Shown: positions 1-8,149 of the stretch, piece after piece | Layout of the letters: each line of letters opens with the position of its first letter | Position numbering within the stretch: the first letter of the stretch is position 1 | Virus record (IMG/VR): IMGVR_UViG_3300035180_001652 | Location: 1 to 28,935 of that record | Reading direction: 5' to 3' (one strand) | Source: a virus | Lineage: Duplodnaviria; Caudoviricetes | Length of the DNA stretch: 28,935 nt | Notes under the pieces: model-generated | What the model saw: the letters and a program-made list of their open reading frames with translations, nothing else | Database searches by the model: none | Told to the model about the DNA's origin: nothing | Made by a program: the position numbers and the translations under genes

Positions 1-340
1 CAGGCTGACGCCGCAGACACGCAGGCCGCATCGGGCACGTTACCTGTATCCGCCCAAGCCGCCCAGGCCGACGCCGCAGACACGCAGGCCGCGTCAGGCA
101 CGCTGACTGTCGTCACCCAGGCCGCCCAGGCCGACGCCGCAGACACGCAGGCCGCGTCCGGCACGCTGACTGTCGTCGCCCAGGCCGCCCAGGCCGACGC
201 CGCAGACGCTCAGGCCGCGTCCGGCACGCTGGCTGTCGTCACCCAGGCCGCTCAGACTGACGCCGCAGACACTCAGCTTACAAGCGGAGTTCTCGGAACC
301 GGCATTGTTGCGGTGCAGGTGGACGCCACGGACACGCAAT
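1..340 (+). repeat. 63-bp coding tandem repeat (21 aa), 4 good plus 2 degenerate copies visible
   Basis: Units begin CAGGC(C/T)GACGCCGCAGAC at 1, 64, 127 and 190, with degenerate copies at 253 and 316. Confidence 0.95.
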
Positions 341-861
341 CCGCGTCGGTTGTTCCTAACCCGCCCATTGTCATTACGGCGGCACAAGTCAACGGCGCTG
401 ACGTTCAGCTTGCGTCCATTAACTTCAGATACAACACGCTGAACGCGGCATACTTGTACGCTGCGCAACAGGCTGCGCCGCAAAAGTTCTACGCTATATC
501 GCCCCCGCCGCAAGAAAGCACAGCGGTCTATACGCAGTCTGGCGCGTTCACCGTTCCGTCGTATTCAAATTACTTCCTCGTAAGCGCAACGGCTGCGGGC
601 GGTTCGCCCTACGGCGCGGCAGGACGGCAAACGTCACGGCAACAGTTGCCTGTTGTTGCTGGCGACGTGCTGACAGTAGCTATTTCGCCGAACGTCACCG
701 TTCAGCGTGGGGGCCAAACACTACTGTCGTTGCTGGATGGTGCAGCGTATGCAAAAGGCACGCAAGGCGGCCTACCGCAAGACTCTGGAATTGTCGGGCT
801 TGGCAGTGGGGTCGATCAGGGCGACCCGTTTCCAGCGGCGCTCGTTTTTATTTGGAGTTGA
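1..861 (+). CDS. Virion/tail-associated protein, 5' truncated, with 21-aa repeats and a C-terminal glycine-rich tail-fibre-like domain
   Basis: Frame 1 is open from base 1 to TGA at 859-861 (same frame as track ORF 313..861). Contains QADAADTQAASGTLTVVTQAA repeats. C-terminal YTQSGAFTVPS...AAGG...VVAGDVLTVAI resembles glycine-rich domains of tail-fibre proteins. Confidence 0.65.
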   Translation, partial: QADAADTQAASGTLPVSAQAAQADAADTQAASGTLTVVTQAAQADAADTQAASGTLTVVAQAAQADAADAQAASGTLAVVTQAAQTDAADTQLTSGVLGTGIVAVQVDATDTQSASVVPNPPIVITAAQVNGADVQLASINFRYNTLNAAYLYAAQQAAPQKFYAISPPPQESTAVYTQSGAFTVPSYSNYFLVSATAAGGSPYGAAGRQTSRQQLPVVAGDVLTVAISPNVTVQRGGQTLLSLLDGAAYAKGTQGGLPQDSGIVGLGSGVDQGDPFPAALVFIWS

Positions 862-862
862 T

Positions 863-1345
863 ATGTCAACCTTCGACGACGCATTTACTGCCCTCATCGG
901 CAACGAGGGGGGCTACAGCAACAACCCCGCCGACCCTGGCGGTGAGACGATGTGGGGCATCACGCAGCGCGTGGCGCGAGCGTATGGATACACGGGCGCG
1001 ATGGAGGATTTGCCGTTGGAGACGGCGAAGGCTATCGCCAAGGCGAAATACTGGGACGCATACTCGTGCGATAACTTCGACCCGCGTATTGCATTCCAAG
1101 TGTTTGATGCGGCGTATAATGGCGGCCAGCCGGCCCTATGGCTACAAAAAGCAGTCGGCGTGCCGGAGGACGGCATCATTGGCCCTGTAACGATTGCCGC
1201 CGTGAACGCTGCCAACCCGTTGCAGGTCATCATGCGGTTCAACAGCTACCGGCTCAGTTACTTGACATCGCTTAGTTCGTGGCAGTTCTTTGGGCGCGGG
1301 TGGGCGAACCGGATTGCTCGCAATCTTTTACAAGGGGCGCAATGA
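863..1345 (+). CDS. Endolysin, glycoside hydrolase family 108 with PG_binding_3 domain
   Basis: NEGGYSNNPADPGGETMWGIT catalytic motif and C-terminal FGRGWANRI. GGAG RBS at 854-857 before ATG 863. Confidence 0.95.
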   Translation: MSTFDDAFTALIGNEGGYSNNPADPGGETMWGITQRVARAYGYTGAMEDLPLETAKAIAKAKYWDAYSCDNFDPRIAFQVFDAAYNGGQPALWLQKAVGVPEDGIIGPVTIAAVNAANPLQVIMRFNSYRLSYLTSLSSWQFFGRGWANRIARNLLQGAQ

Positions 1346-1857
1346 TGAATATCACATGGGCAGACGTTGGGCGAGCAGTGGGCAGCATCGCCCCGGCTCT
1401 TGGCACGGCGCTCGGTGGCCCTGCGGGCGCCGTAGTGGGCAGCTTGGTCGCTTCGGCGCTCGGGACGAACAATGACCCCGCGTCAGTAAACGCCGCCATC
1501 GCCGCAGATCCGACCAATGCGGCCAAAATCATCCAGCTTCAGGCGGAGCACGAAGAAGCCCTCGCCAAGATGAACCTGGAGTATGAGACTGCGGTCGTCA
1601 ACGCCCAGGCAGGCGACATTCAGGCCGAAGCGAGGTCAGAGTCCTGGCTTGCGGCGAACTGGCGGCCCATCCTGATGTTGTCGTTTACGGCGATCATCGT
1701 CGTGAACTACCTTGTGCTGCCCGTTGCGCAGTGGTTTGGTGTGACCGAGCCTCCCTTGGTGCTACCGCCTGATATGTGGGCACTATTAAAAATCGGCGTA
1801 GGCGGGTATATTGTGGGCAGGTCTGGAGAAAAAATCGCACGGAGCTTGAAACCATGA
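1342..1857 (+). CDS. Holin, 3-TM (GTA-holin-like) family
   Basis: N-terminal APALGTALGGPAG, then SESWLAANWRP, hydrophobic segments and GGYIVGRSGEK. ATGA overlap with the endolysin stop. Confidence 0.85.
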   Translation: MMNITWADVGRAVGSIAPALGTALGGPAGAVVGSLVASALGTNNDPASVNAAIAADPTNAAKIIQLQAEHEEALAKMNLEYETAVVNAQAGDIQAEARSESWLAANWRPILMLSFTAIIVVNYLVLPVAQWFGVTEPPLVLPPDMWALLKIGVGGYIVGRSGEKIARSLKP

Positions 1858-2177
1858 TGTCGCTCAAGGAACAAATCGACCGGGACACGATCCATCATTT
1901 TTCGTCGGGGGTCTACGCAAAGCAAATGCTCCTGCCGAAAGGAGCGATTGCGCTGACGCACAAGCACAAGTATGACCACTTGAGCATTCTGGCGCAGGGT
2001 GCGGTAGTGCTGGAGACGCCCGAAGGGCGGCAACTACTCCGCGCCCCGGTCGCCGTGACCATCCGCGCAGGGGTTGCCCACGGCATCATAGCGCTCGAAG
2101 ATTCTGTTTGGTTTTGCATCCACGCCACGGACGAGACCGACCCCGCCAAGGTTGACGAAGTCGTCATCCAGAAATAA
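1854..2177 (+). CDS. Phage cupin-like beta-barrel protein
   Basis: HHFSSGVYAKQM...HKHKYDHLSIL...H...ALEDSVWFCIH His-rich cupin pattern. ATGA overlap with the holin stop. Confidence 0.75.
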   Translation: MMSLKEQIDRDTIHHFSSGVYAKQMLLPKGAIALTHKHKYDHLSILAQGAVVLETPEGRQLLRAPVAVTIRAGVAHGIIALEDSVWFCIHATDETDPAKVDEVVIQK

Positions 2178-2195
2178 TCGAACAAGGAGACTGAC

Positions 2196-3182
2196 ATGCC
2201 ATTTGCCAGCATTATCGGCGCGGTTGCGGGGCCACTTATTGGGGACGCCCTGTTCGGCGGCAGTTCGTCTAACAGCCAAGGCGGATACCAAGGCGGGTCA
2301 TACCTGCCCCCTAACCTGACTCAAGCGGCGAACGCCGAACTGGGTTTGATCCCGCAAATCAGCGCGAACAACCTCTACCAGCAGACGTTGCCAGCCGCGC
2401 AAAACGCCGTAAACGGAGCAATCTACAGCCCCTACTACGGCCAAGCACTCTCCGGTGCGCAGCAAGCGTCGCAGACCGGGATGTGGCAAGGCTCGCAGGC
2501 AGCCAACGCGGCGAACCAGCTTTACGGCCAAATGGGCCAGATTCCGTGGCTGCAAAACCAACTCGTCCAATCCGCGTTTGACCCACAGAGCCAGCTTTAC
2601 AACTACCTACGCTCGCAGAACGCAAACCAAGTCAACGCAGACCTCGCTGCGCGAGGGTTGAACATGAGCGGGGCCGGGGCGCAGATTGCGGCGCAGCAGA
2701 ACCAGTTATTCAACCAAAACTGGCAGAACGACCTACTGAACCGGCAACTAGCCGGGGTGCGCGGGGTTGGCGCACTCAATCAGTCTGCGGGGCAACTGGG
2801 ATCGGTTGGGGCAAGCATCGGCACGCAAGGGGCGAATTTGATGGCCCAGTCTGCGGTGATGCCCTACCAGACGCAGCTCAATGCGGCAAACTCGCAGCTC
2901 GGGATGATGAACAGCCTTGGGCAAATGGGCCAGCAAGCCAACGTGCCGATCCAGCAGCAGATTGCTGACTACAACGCCTACCAAGGGCTTGGAGACCCAA
3001 GGTCGCAGCTTGGGCAGCAAGACCAACTTAACAAGGCGGCGCAAGGCTTTGGCGCTACGCTTGTCAAACCGATTAGTAACGCCGTTGGCGACGCAATCAA
3101 AAATTGGGGGTCGGGCGTGAGCGGAAGCAGCGGAAGCAGCGGAAGCGGCTTCTCGGGCGATCCCCTCGCCTACATGGGCTAA
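2196..3182 (+). CDS. Putative DNA ejection/pilot protein
   Basis: AAGGAG RBS. N-terminal Gly/Ala hydrophobic segment and Gln/Asn/Gly/Ala-rich helical composition (LAARGLNMSG) typical of podovirus internal virion proteins. Confidence 0.65.
   Translation: MPFASIIGAVAGPLIGDALFGGSSSNSQGGYQGGSYLPPNLTQAANAELGLIPQISANNLYQQTLPAAQNAVNGAIYSPYYGQALSGAQQASQTGMWQGSQAANAANQLYGQMGQIPWLQNQLVQSAFDPQSQLYNYLRSQNANQVNADLAARGLNMSGAGAQIAAQQNQLFNQNWQNDLLNRQLAGVRGVGALNQSAGQLGSVGASIGTQGANLMAQSAVMPYQTQLNAANSQLGMMNSLGQMGQQANVPIQQQIADYNAYQGLGDPRSQLGQQDQLNKAAQGFGATLVKPISNAVGDAIKNWGSGVSGSSGSSGSGFSGDPLAYMG
3120..3146 (+). repeat. AGCGGAAGC x3 coding repeat (Ser-Gly-Ser linker)
   Basis: Three exact 9-bp units read directly. 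Confidence 0.85.
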
Positions 3183-3191
3183 GGACGAAAT

Positions 3192-4898
3192 ATGAACATC
3201 GGCAGCTACTTGCGGTTTGGCAACATGCTGACAGGCGCATATAACGCCGATCAGAAAGATATTGCTAACCGGCAACGCCAGCAGCAGATCGACAACTTGC
3301 TGGCGACCAGCGCGCTGGCGCGTCAGATTGACAGCCAGAATTTCCGAGACCAGCAGACCGCCCTCGGTGGGTTAGGGGCGTTTTACCGAAACCTTACAAG
3401 CGACCCGCCGCCCCCTGAGACCATTGCCCCCGCTCCAACGCCAGGGCAAAACAGCGCGCGGCAGCCGCTTCCGCCAGTAGACACAGCGCAGTCGTTCCCC
3501 GTTCCGCCTCGAAGCATACAAACCGTGCAGCTACCGGGCGCAGAGTCAGTCCCTACGTTCGGCCCGAAGCAGCAGTTCGATCACATTTCGACCCCGGAGC
3601 AGGTCGCTGCTGCGGTTGACGCTAAGAAGATGAGTCCGAACGCTGCGGCGAGCATTTTGCTCGACATGGCGCGGCGCGGTGTGGGGCAAACGCCCGCGCC
3701 TGCGGCGTCGCCAGCCATGCCGCCCGCTCAGCAAGGCCAAGATGCTGATTCGCCGCTTTCGCCCGGAACTTATGGGCGCACGATGGCGCTCATTCAGAAC
3801 AACCAGCCCCTTAACCTCGCTGCTCGGACTGCTGCGGACTTGCTCAAGGCGCACCCAAACATGAGCAACCGAGAGCTTGCCCTCACCATGAGCATGGTCA
3901 ACCCGGTGATAACAAAGCAAGCCGACGCCGCGCTCCGCGATGCAAGATTGAGTGACACGGACTTTTTCAAGACCGTGAACGCGCTTTTGCAGCAGGACAG
4001 AAATCGACGTGCCGACGCATTGCTTCCGTCGCAGATTGATAAAAACGAATCGCAAGCAGCCAAAAATGCTGCTACGGCAGGTTACTATTCTGGTGGCAGC
4101 GGCGCTGGTGGCGGTGCTGCCCCGCAGGCGACCGATGCAGGTTATGACCTTGCGTTGGCTTACTTGAACGGAAAATTGGGGGCAACAGGTGGCCCTACCG
4201 GAGCAGCGCGGCAAAAGCAAGCGTTTGATCAGCTCAAGGAAATAGGGCTACGCCCCTCTGATGAAAAGCCGTATCAAAACGATTTGGCGGCGGCGCGTAG
4301 CGCACAAACGCAATTGACCCAACGCGCAACCACGTTGCAAGCAACGGCCGAAGCTATTGACACACAGCTAAGCCAAGCTGTTGCCCTCGCTAAGCAACTT
4401 AACTTGGACGGCCCCGTTACGTGGAACAGCGGCAAGCTCTACGTCGGCAACAAGGCAATACCCACGGATTCGCCAATCTATGAAGCGATTCAGAAGTACG
4501 ACACTCTTGTAAAAGACGCCTCCCGCGAGGCTGGCGCACAGCAGATGTTTGGTAGAGCTACCGTCGCGGGCCTTAGACTCGCCGAGAAAGTTGTCGATGC
4601 AAACAAAGGCGCAGGGTTGGCCGGCGTGGTGCAGGGGCTAAAAGCCGGCGCTCAGGCGTCTGTTGAGGCGATAAACCACACTATCGCTGCAACACGAGTG
4701 ATGCCAGAGTTACGCCTTATTTCGCGGGCGAGCAAACCTGAAGTAGCGGCACAGGCGCTTGGGTTTACCCCCATCAGCATGGACAAGCTGAAAGAGTATG
4801 CGAAACAGCACAAGATAACTGAAGATCAAGCGGCAATGGCGCTCAGCACGCAGCCCAACCATCCCTATTACGTTGTTGGCTACCCCTATGGACAATAA
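3192..4898 (+). CDS. Putative internal virion / DNA ejection protein (568 aa)
   Basis: TAAGGA RBS. Ala/Gln/Pro-rich helical protein in the ejection-gene position. Confidence 0.55.
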   Translation: MNIGSYLRFGNMLTGAYNADQKDIANRQRQQQIDNLLATSALARQIDSQNFRDQQTALGGLGAFYRNLTSDPPPPETIAPAPTPGQNSARQPLPPVDTAQSFPVPPRSIQTVQLPGAESVPTFGPKQQFDHISTPEQVAAAVDAKKMSPNAAASILLDMARRGVGQTPAPAASPAMPPAQQGQDADSPLSPGTYGRTMALIQNNQPLNLAARTAADLLKAHPNMSNRELALTMSMVNPVITKQADAALRDARLSDTDFFKTVNALLQQDRNRRADALLPSQIDKNESQAAKNAATAGYYSGGSGAGGGAAPQATDAGYDLALAYLNGKLGATGGPTGAARQKQAFDQLKEIGLRPSDEKPYQNDLAAARSAQTQLTQRATTLQATAEAIDTQLSQAVALAKQLNLDGPVTWNSGKLYVGNKAIPTDSPIYEAIQKYDTLVKDASREAGAQQMFGRATVAGLRLAEKVVDANKGAGLAGVVQGLKAGAQASVEAINHTIAATRVMPELRLISRASKPEVAAQALGFTPISMDKLKEYAKQHKITEDQAAMALSTQPNHPYYVVGYPYGQ

Positions 4899-6564
4899 CA
4901 TCGACGTTAAAGACCTGCCACCCCCGCCTACCTGGATGACGGGCGGCAAACCGCCAGCGTCGCCACAAACGTCTAAAGGTTCTACTGACGTCGACGTTAA
5001 AGACCTGCCGCCCCCGCCTGCCTGGATGACGCAAACCACGAAGTCGAGCGGCAACCCAGTCGCGCCTGAACCGGAAACGCCGCAATCCGCAGGGCACAAC
5101 TGGTTGGACACTGCAATACAAGGCGCTAAAGGCGTTGTAGGCGGCATGAACGTGCCCTTCTGGAACGCTGTAGGGTCAATCCCTATCCCGGCAGTGCAGC
5201 AATACGCGCAAAAAGAGGCGCAAACTGCGGGCAATTTGGGTTCGCCGACTGGACAGGCGCTCGGCCAAGGGACGACACAAGCCCTCACTATGCTGGCGCA
5301 ACCTGAAATCAAGGGGGCCATGTGGATGCGAGCGGCAGGCCAAGCCGCTCTTAGCGGGTTGCAGTCTTACCTAACAGCGCCGCAAGGTGAGAAAACCAAG
5401 GCCGCCGAAGTTGGTGCAGCAGCCGGCGGCGTACTAAGCAGCGCCGGGGCAGGACTGGCCAAATGGTTAGGGGGAAAAGCAGCAACACCTGCCGCCGAAC
5501 GTGCCATCCAAGAGGCTAAAGGGCAAGGCTACAAGATCATGCCGAGTGCGGCAACGGGCTTCGGCAAAAGTGCGCAGGAGCTTATCAACGCGGGGAAAGG
5601 TTCTGCCGCCGCGCACAACTACAACCTCTATGAGCAGACGCTCGCAGAGTTGGCTGGCATCCCCAAAGGCGTCAAAATCGATAGCGACTCTTTGGCGCAG
5701 GCAAACAGCGCCATCTCGAACGCATTTGCGTCAAAGCTCGCCGGAAAGACGGTCAAAATTCCAGCGACAACAGCGTCTGCTGTGCGCGGCTTGGTGGAAA
5801 AGCAGCCGGCTATTGCCGAAGAAGTTGTCGGGGCTACGGGGCTATCAAAAGCGTTCGAGGCCGCCGCGCACGGAGAGCCTATCCCTGCAAAAGATTGGTT
5901 CGCCATTGTGCGGCAGCTTAAAGCCATGCGCTACGCTCAGAAAGAACCGAATGTCCAGCGCCAGCTAAGCTCAGTCATCGACGCGCTAGAGCTACCTGTC
6001 CAGCAGTTTAGCCCCGACATTAACAAGGCGTACCGAAACTTTAACAACCAATACCGCGCCAATGCGTTGCTCCTTGATGCAACGGCCAACGACCTAAATT
6101 TTTTGCAGACCGGCAAGATCAACCCTGTCAAAGTGTGGGCAGCGGCGATGAACGACGCAAAATCTACAAGTGCGCAGGCAAAGACACTCATCACCGACGA
6201 CCCGTTGACACAGACCGTGCGACGCGCTGCGCAGTTAGACCTTGTTCCACAAGCACGAGAGGCAGGCGACGCTGAAATGCTGAACTTGCTCCTGGCCGGC
6301 GCACATACGGCGGGTGCGCCAGTGCATTTGTCTTTGGGGTCTTTCAACGTTCTCCCAAAAATTGGCACTGCAATGGGGTTCGGCGCAGCCGGACGCGCAT
6401 TGTATGGCTCGCCAATGGGACAAAGACTACTAGAATCGGGCCAGATGGTTGACCCCTTAACCGGGAAGCTCATTCAGGCAGGAAGCCGAGCGATGGTGTC
6501 TACCTTGCCCGGCGCACTTCCGTCCTTTTCTTCATACGATCCGTCACCTGCGCCTTCCCAATGA
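4888..6564 (+). CDS. Putative internal virion / DNA ejection protein
   Basis: ATG 4888 overlaps the upstream gene end. Duplicated N-terminal DVKDLPPPPxWMT motif and Gly/Ala-rich membrane-like segments (GAAAGGVLSSAGAG). Confidence 0.55.
   Translation: MDNNIDVKDLPPPPTWMTGGKPPASPQTSKGSTDVDVKDLPPPPAWMTQTTKSSGNPVAPEPETPQSAGHNWLDTAIQGAKGVVGGMNVPFWNAVGSIPIPAVQQYAQKEAQTAGNLGSPTGQALGQGTTQALTMLAQPEIKGAMWMRAAGQAALSGLQSYLTAPQGEKTKAAEVGAAAGGVLSSAGAGLAKWLGGKAATPAAERAIQEAKGQGYKIMPSAATGFGKSAQELINAGKGSAAAHNYNLYEQTLAELAGIPKGVKIDSDSLAQANSAISNAFASKLAGKTVKIPATTASAVRGLVEKQPAIAEEVVGATGLSKAFEAAAHGEPIPAKDWFAIVRQLKAMRYAQKEPNVQRQLSSVIDALELPVQQFSPDINKAYRNFNNQYRANALLLDATANDLNFLQTGKINPVKVWAAAMNDAKSTSAQAKTLITDDPLTQTVRRAAQLDLVPQAREAGDAEMLNLLLAGAHTAGAPVHLSLGSFNVLPKIGTAMGFGAAGRALYGSPMGQRLLESGQMVDPLTGKLIQAGSRAMVSTLPGALPSFSSYDPSPAPSQ
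4901..5031 (+). repeat. 41-bp direct repeat, 2 copies 90 bp apart (4901-4941, 4991-5031)
   Basis: TCGACGTTAAAGACCTGCC(A/G)CCCCCGCCT(A/G)CCTGGATGACG, two mismatches. Confidence 0.95.
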
Positions 6565-7871
6565 AAATTCTCGTCATCGACCCGTCGGCGTTGGCGCTCG
6601 ACTTTTGCCTGCGCAGCATGGCCGAGGGCGCACAAGTCCGGTGGTTCATCCGCAACAAGCCCGATGGGTTAATCACCGTCGGGGATCATCTTGTCCAGAA
6701 AGTGCAGCATTGGGAGCAGCACATGAACTGGGCAGACTTGGTGTTCTTGCCCGACAATGCGGTCTACATGGCCGACTTGGACAAGTGGCGGCAGCGCGGG
6801 TATCCGATCTACGGGGCCAACAGCTTCACTGCGCAGTGGGAGCTAAACCGGCAGGTCGGCATGGATGTGCTCAAAGCGCATGGCGTGCCGCTCATCGAGG
6901 GCGAGACGTTCACCAGCTACGACAAGGCCATTGCCTACGTCAAGGCCAACATGGGGCGCTACGTTTCCAAGCCGTTCGGAGACGCAGACCGCAGCCTGTC
7001 CTACGTCAGCAAAGGGCCGGCAGATATGGTCTACATGCTGGAAAAGTGGAAAAAGACCGGCAGGCACGTCCCCGCGTTCATCATGCAGAAGTTCCAACCC
7101 GGCATCGAGATGGCCGTGGGCGCATGGGTCGGGCCTGCCGGGTTCGCAAGCCCTTGGTGCGAGAACTTCGAGCACAAGAAGCTGATGAACGACGACAAAG
7201 GTCCGAACACAGGGGAGATGGGCACCGTCGTCACTTACACCGAGAAGTCCAAACTGGCCGACAAAGTGCTCAAGCCGCTGGAGGAGTATCTGGTGCGCAG
7301 CGGGCACATTGGGTTCGTGGACGTTGCAGTCATCATTGACGACAAAGGCAATCCGTGGCCGCTAGAGTTTACGATGCGCCCAGGTTGGCCGATCTTCAAC
7401 ATTCAGCAGCAACTACACCGGAGCACAGCAAAATGGATGCTCGAAAGCCTAAACGGATCATCGATCTGGACGAACTTCTTGACGGGCCTGTCGGCGACGG
7501 GGGTCGTGCTGGCGATCCCGGACTTTCCTTACAACAAACTGAGCCGCAAAGAAGTGTCGGGCACGCCGATCTACAACCTGGACGCGGTGAGCAGCCACAT
7601 CCACCCCTGCGAGCTGAAGGCGGCGAAGGTGCCAGTGGAGCGCGGGAACAAGATCGTGGAGGAAATGCACCTCGTGAGCGCCGGGACGTATCTACTCATC
7701 GCAGCGGCGGCAGCGCCGACAGTGGACGCAAGTCGGGAGCAAGCCTACAAAGCCTTGGACTCGTTGTCGGTGCCGAACTCCCCGATATATCGGACGGACA
7801 TTGGCAAGCGCCTCAGCTCCCAGTTGCCCAAGTTGCAGAAGATGGGCTATGCAACGAGCCTGAAACTGTAA
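6561..7871 (+). CDS. PurD (phosphoribosylamine-glycine ligase)-like ATP-grasp enzyme, divergent
   Basis: MKILVID start, AQWELNR, EHKKLMNDDKGPNTGEMG (cf. PurD DHKR..GD.GPNTGGMG), LEFTMRPGWP (cf. EFN.RFGDP) and C-terminal YRTDIG. Confidence 0.85.
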   Translation: MKILVIDPSALALDFCLRSMAEGAQVRWFIRNKPDGLITVGDHLVQKVQHWEQHMNWADLVFLPDNAVYMADLDKWRQRGYPIYGANSFTAQWELNRQVGMDVLKAHGVPLIEGETFTSYDKAIAYVKANMGRYVSKPFGDADRSLSYVSKGPADMVYMLEKWKKTGRHVPAFIMQKFQPGIEMAVGAWVGPAGFASPWCENFEHKKLMNDDKGPNTGEMGTVVTYTEKSKLADKVLKPLEEYLVRSGHIGFVDVAVIIDDKGNPWPLEFTMRPGWPIFNIQQQLHRSTAKWMLESLNGSSIWTNFLTGLSATGVVLAIPDFPYNKLSRKEVSGTPIYNLDAVSSHIHPCELKAAKVPVERGNKIVEEMHLVSAGTYLLIAAAAAPTVDASREQAYKALDSLSVPNSPIYRTDIGKRLSSQLPKLQKMGYATSLKL

Positions 7872-8149
7872 ACAACGAGCAGACCAATCACCTCAACCGG
7901 ATCGTCAACAAGGCGCTGCGCAAGATCGAGGACATTCTTGACCTCAACCCTGCGCCTTGGGACAACGACTATGCGCGGCTGCTATCCATCCAGAAGGACG
8001 CAGCCGCCAGCGCGATCAATATGGCGATCAAGGCCGACGAAAGCCGGTTCCGTGCGCAGTCGGACGCGGCTATTGCAGTGATCCTAGATGAAGTGCGCAG
8101 GCTCAAGGCCGGGCGCGCGCAAGCGGTGATTGAGAATCACGCCACTTGA
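7868..8149 (+). CDS. Hypothetical helical protein; start unresolved (possibly frameshifted)
   Basis: The 3' part of track ORF 7355..8149 (LNRIVNKALRKIEDILDL...) looks protein-like and fills the gap to the convergent primase, but no in-frame ATG/GTG/TTG lies near 7870. Confidence 0.45.
   Translation, partial: VNNEQTNHLNRIVNKALRKIEDILDLNPAPWDNDYARLLSIQKDAAASAINMAIKADESRFRAQSDAAIAVILDEVRRLKAGRAQAVIENHAT

Noticed and set aside
1342-1347. Holin dual-start (holin/antiholin) motif
   Set aside because: The ATG-ATG arises from the ATGA overlap, and no charged residue lies between the two Met codons.
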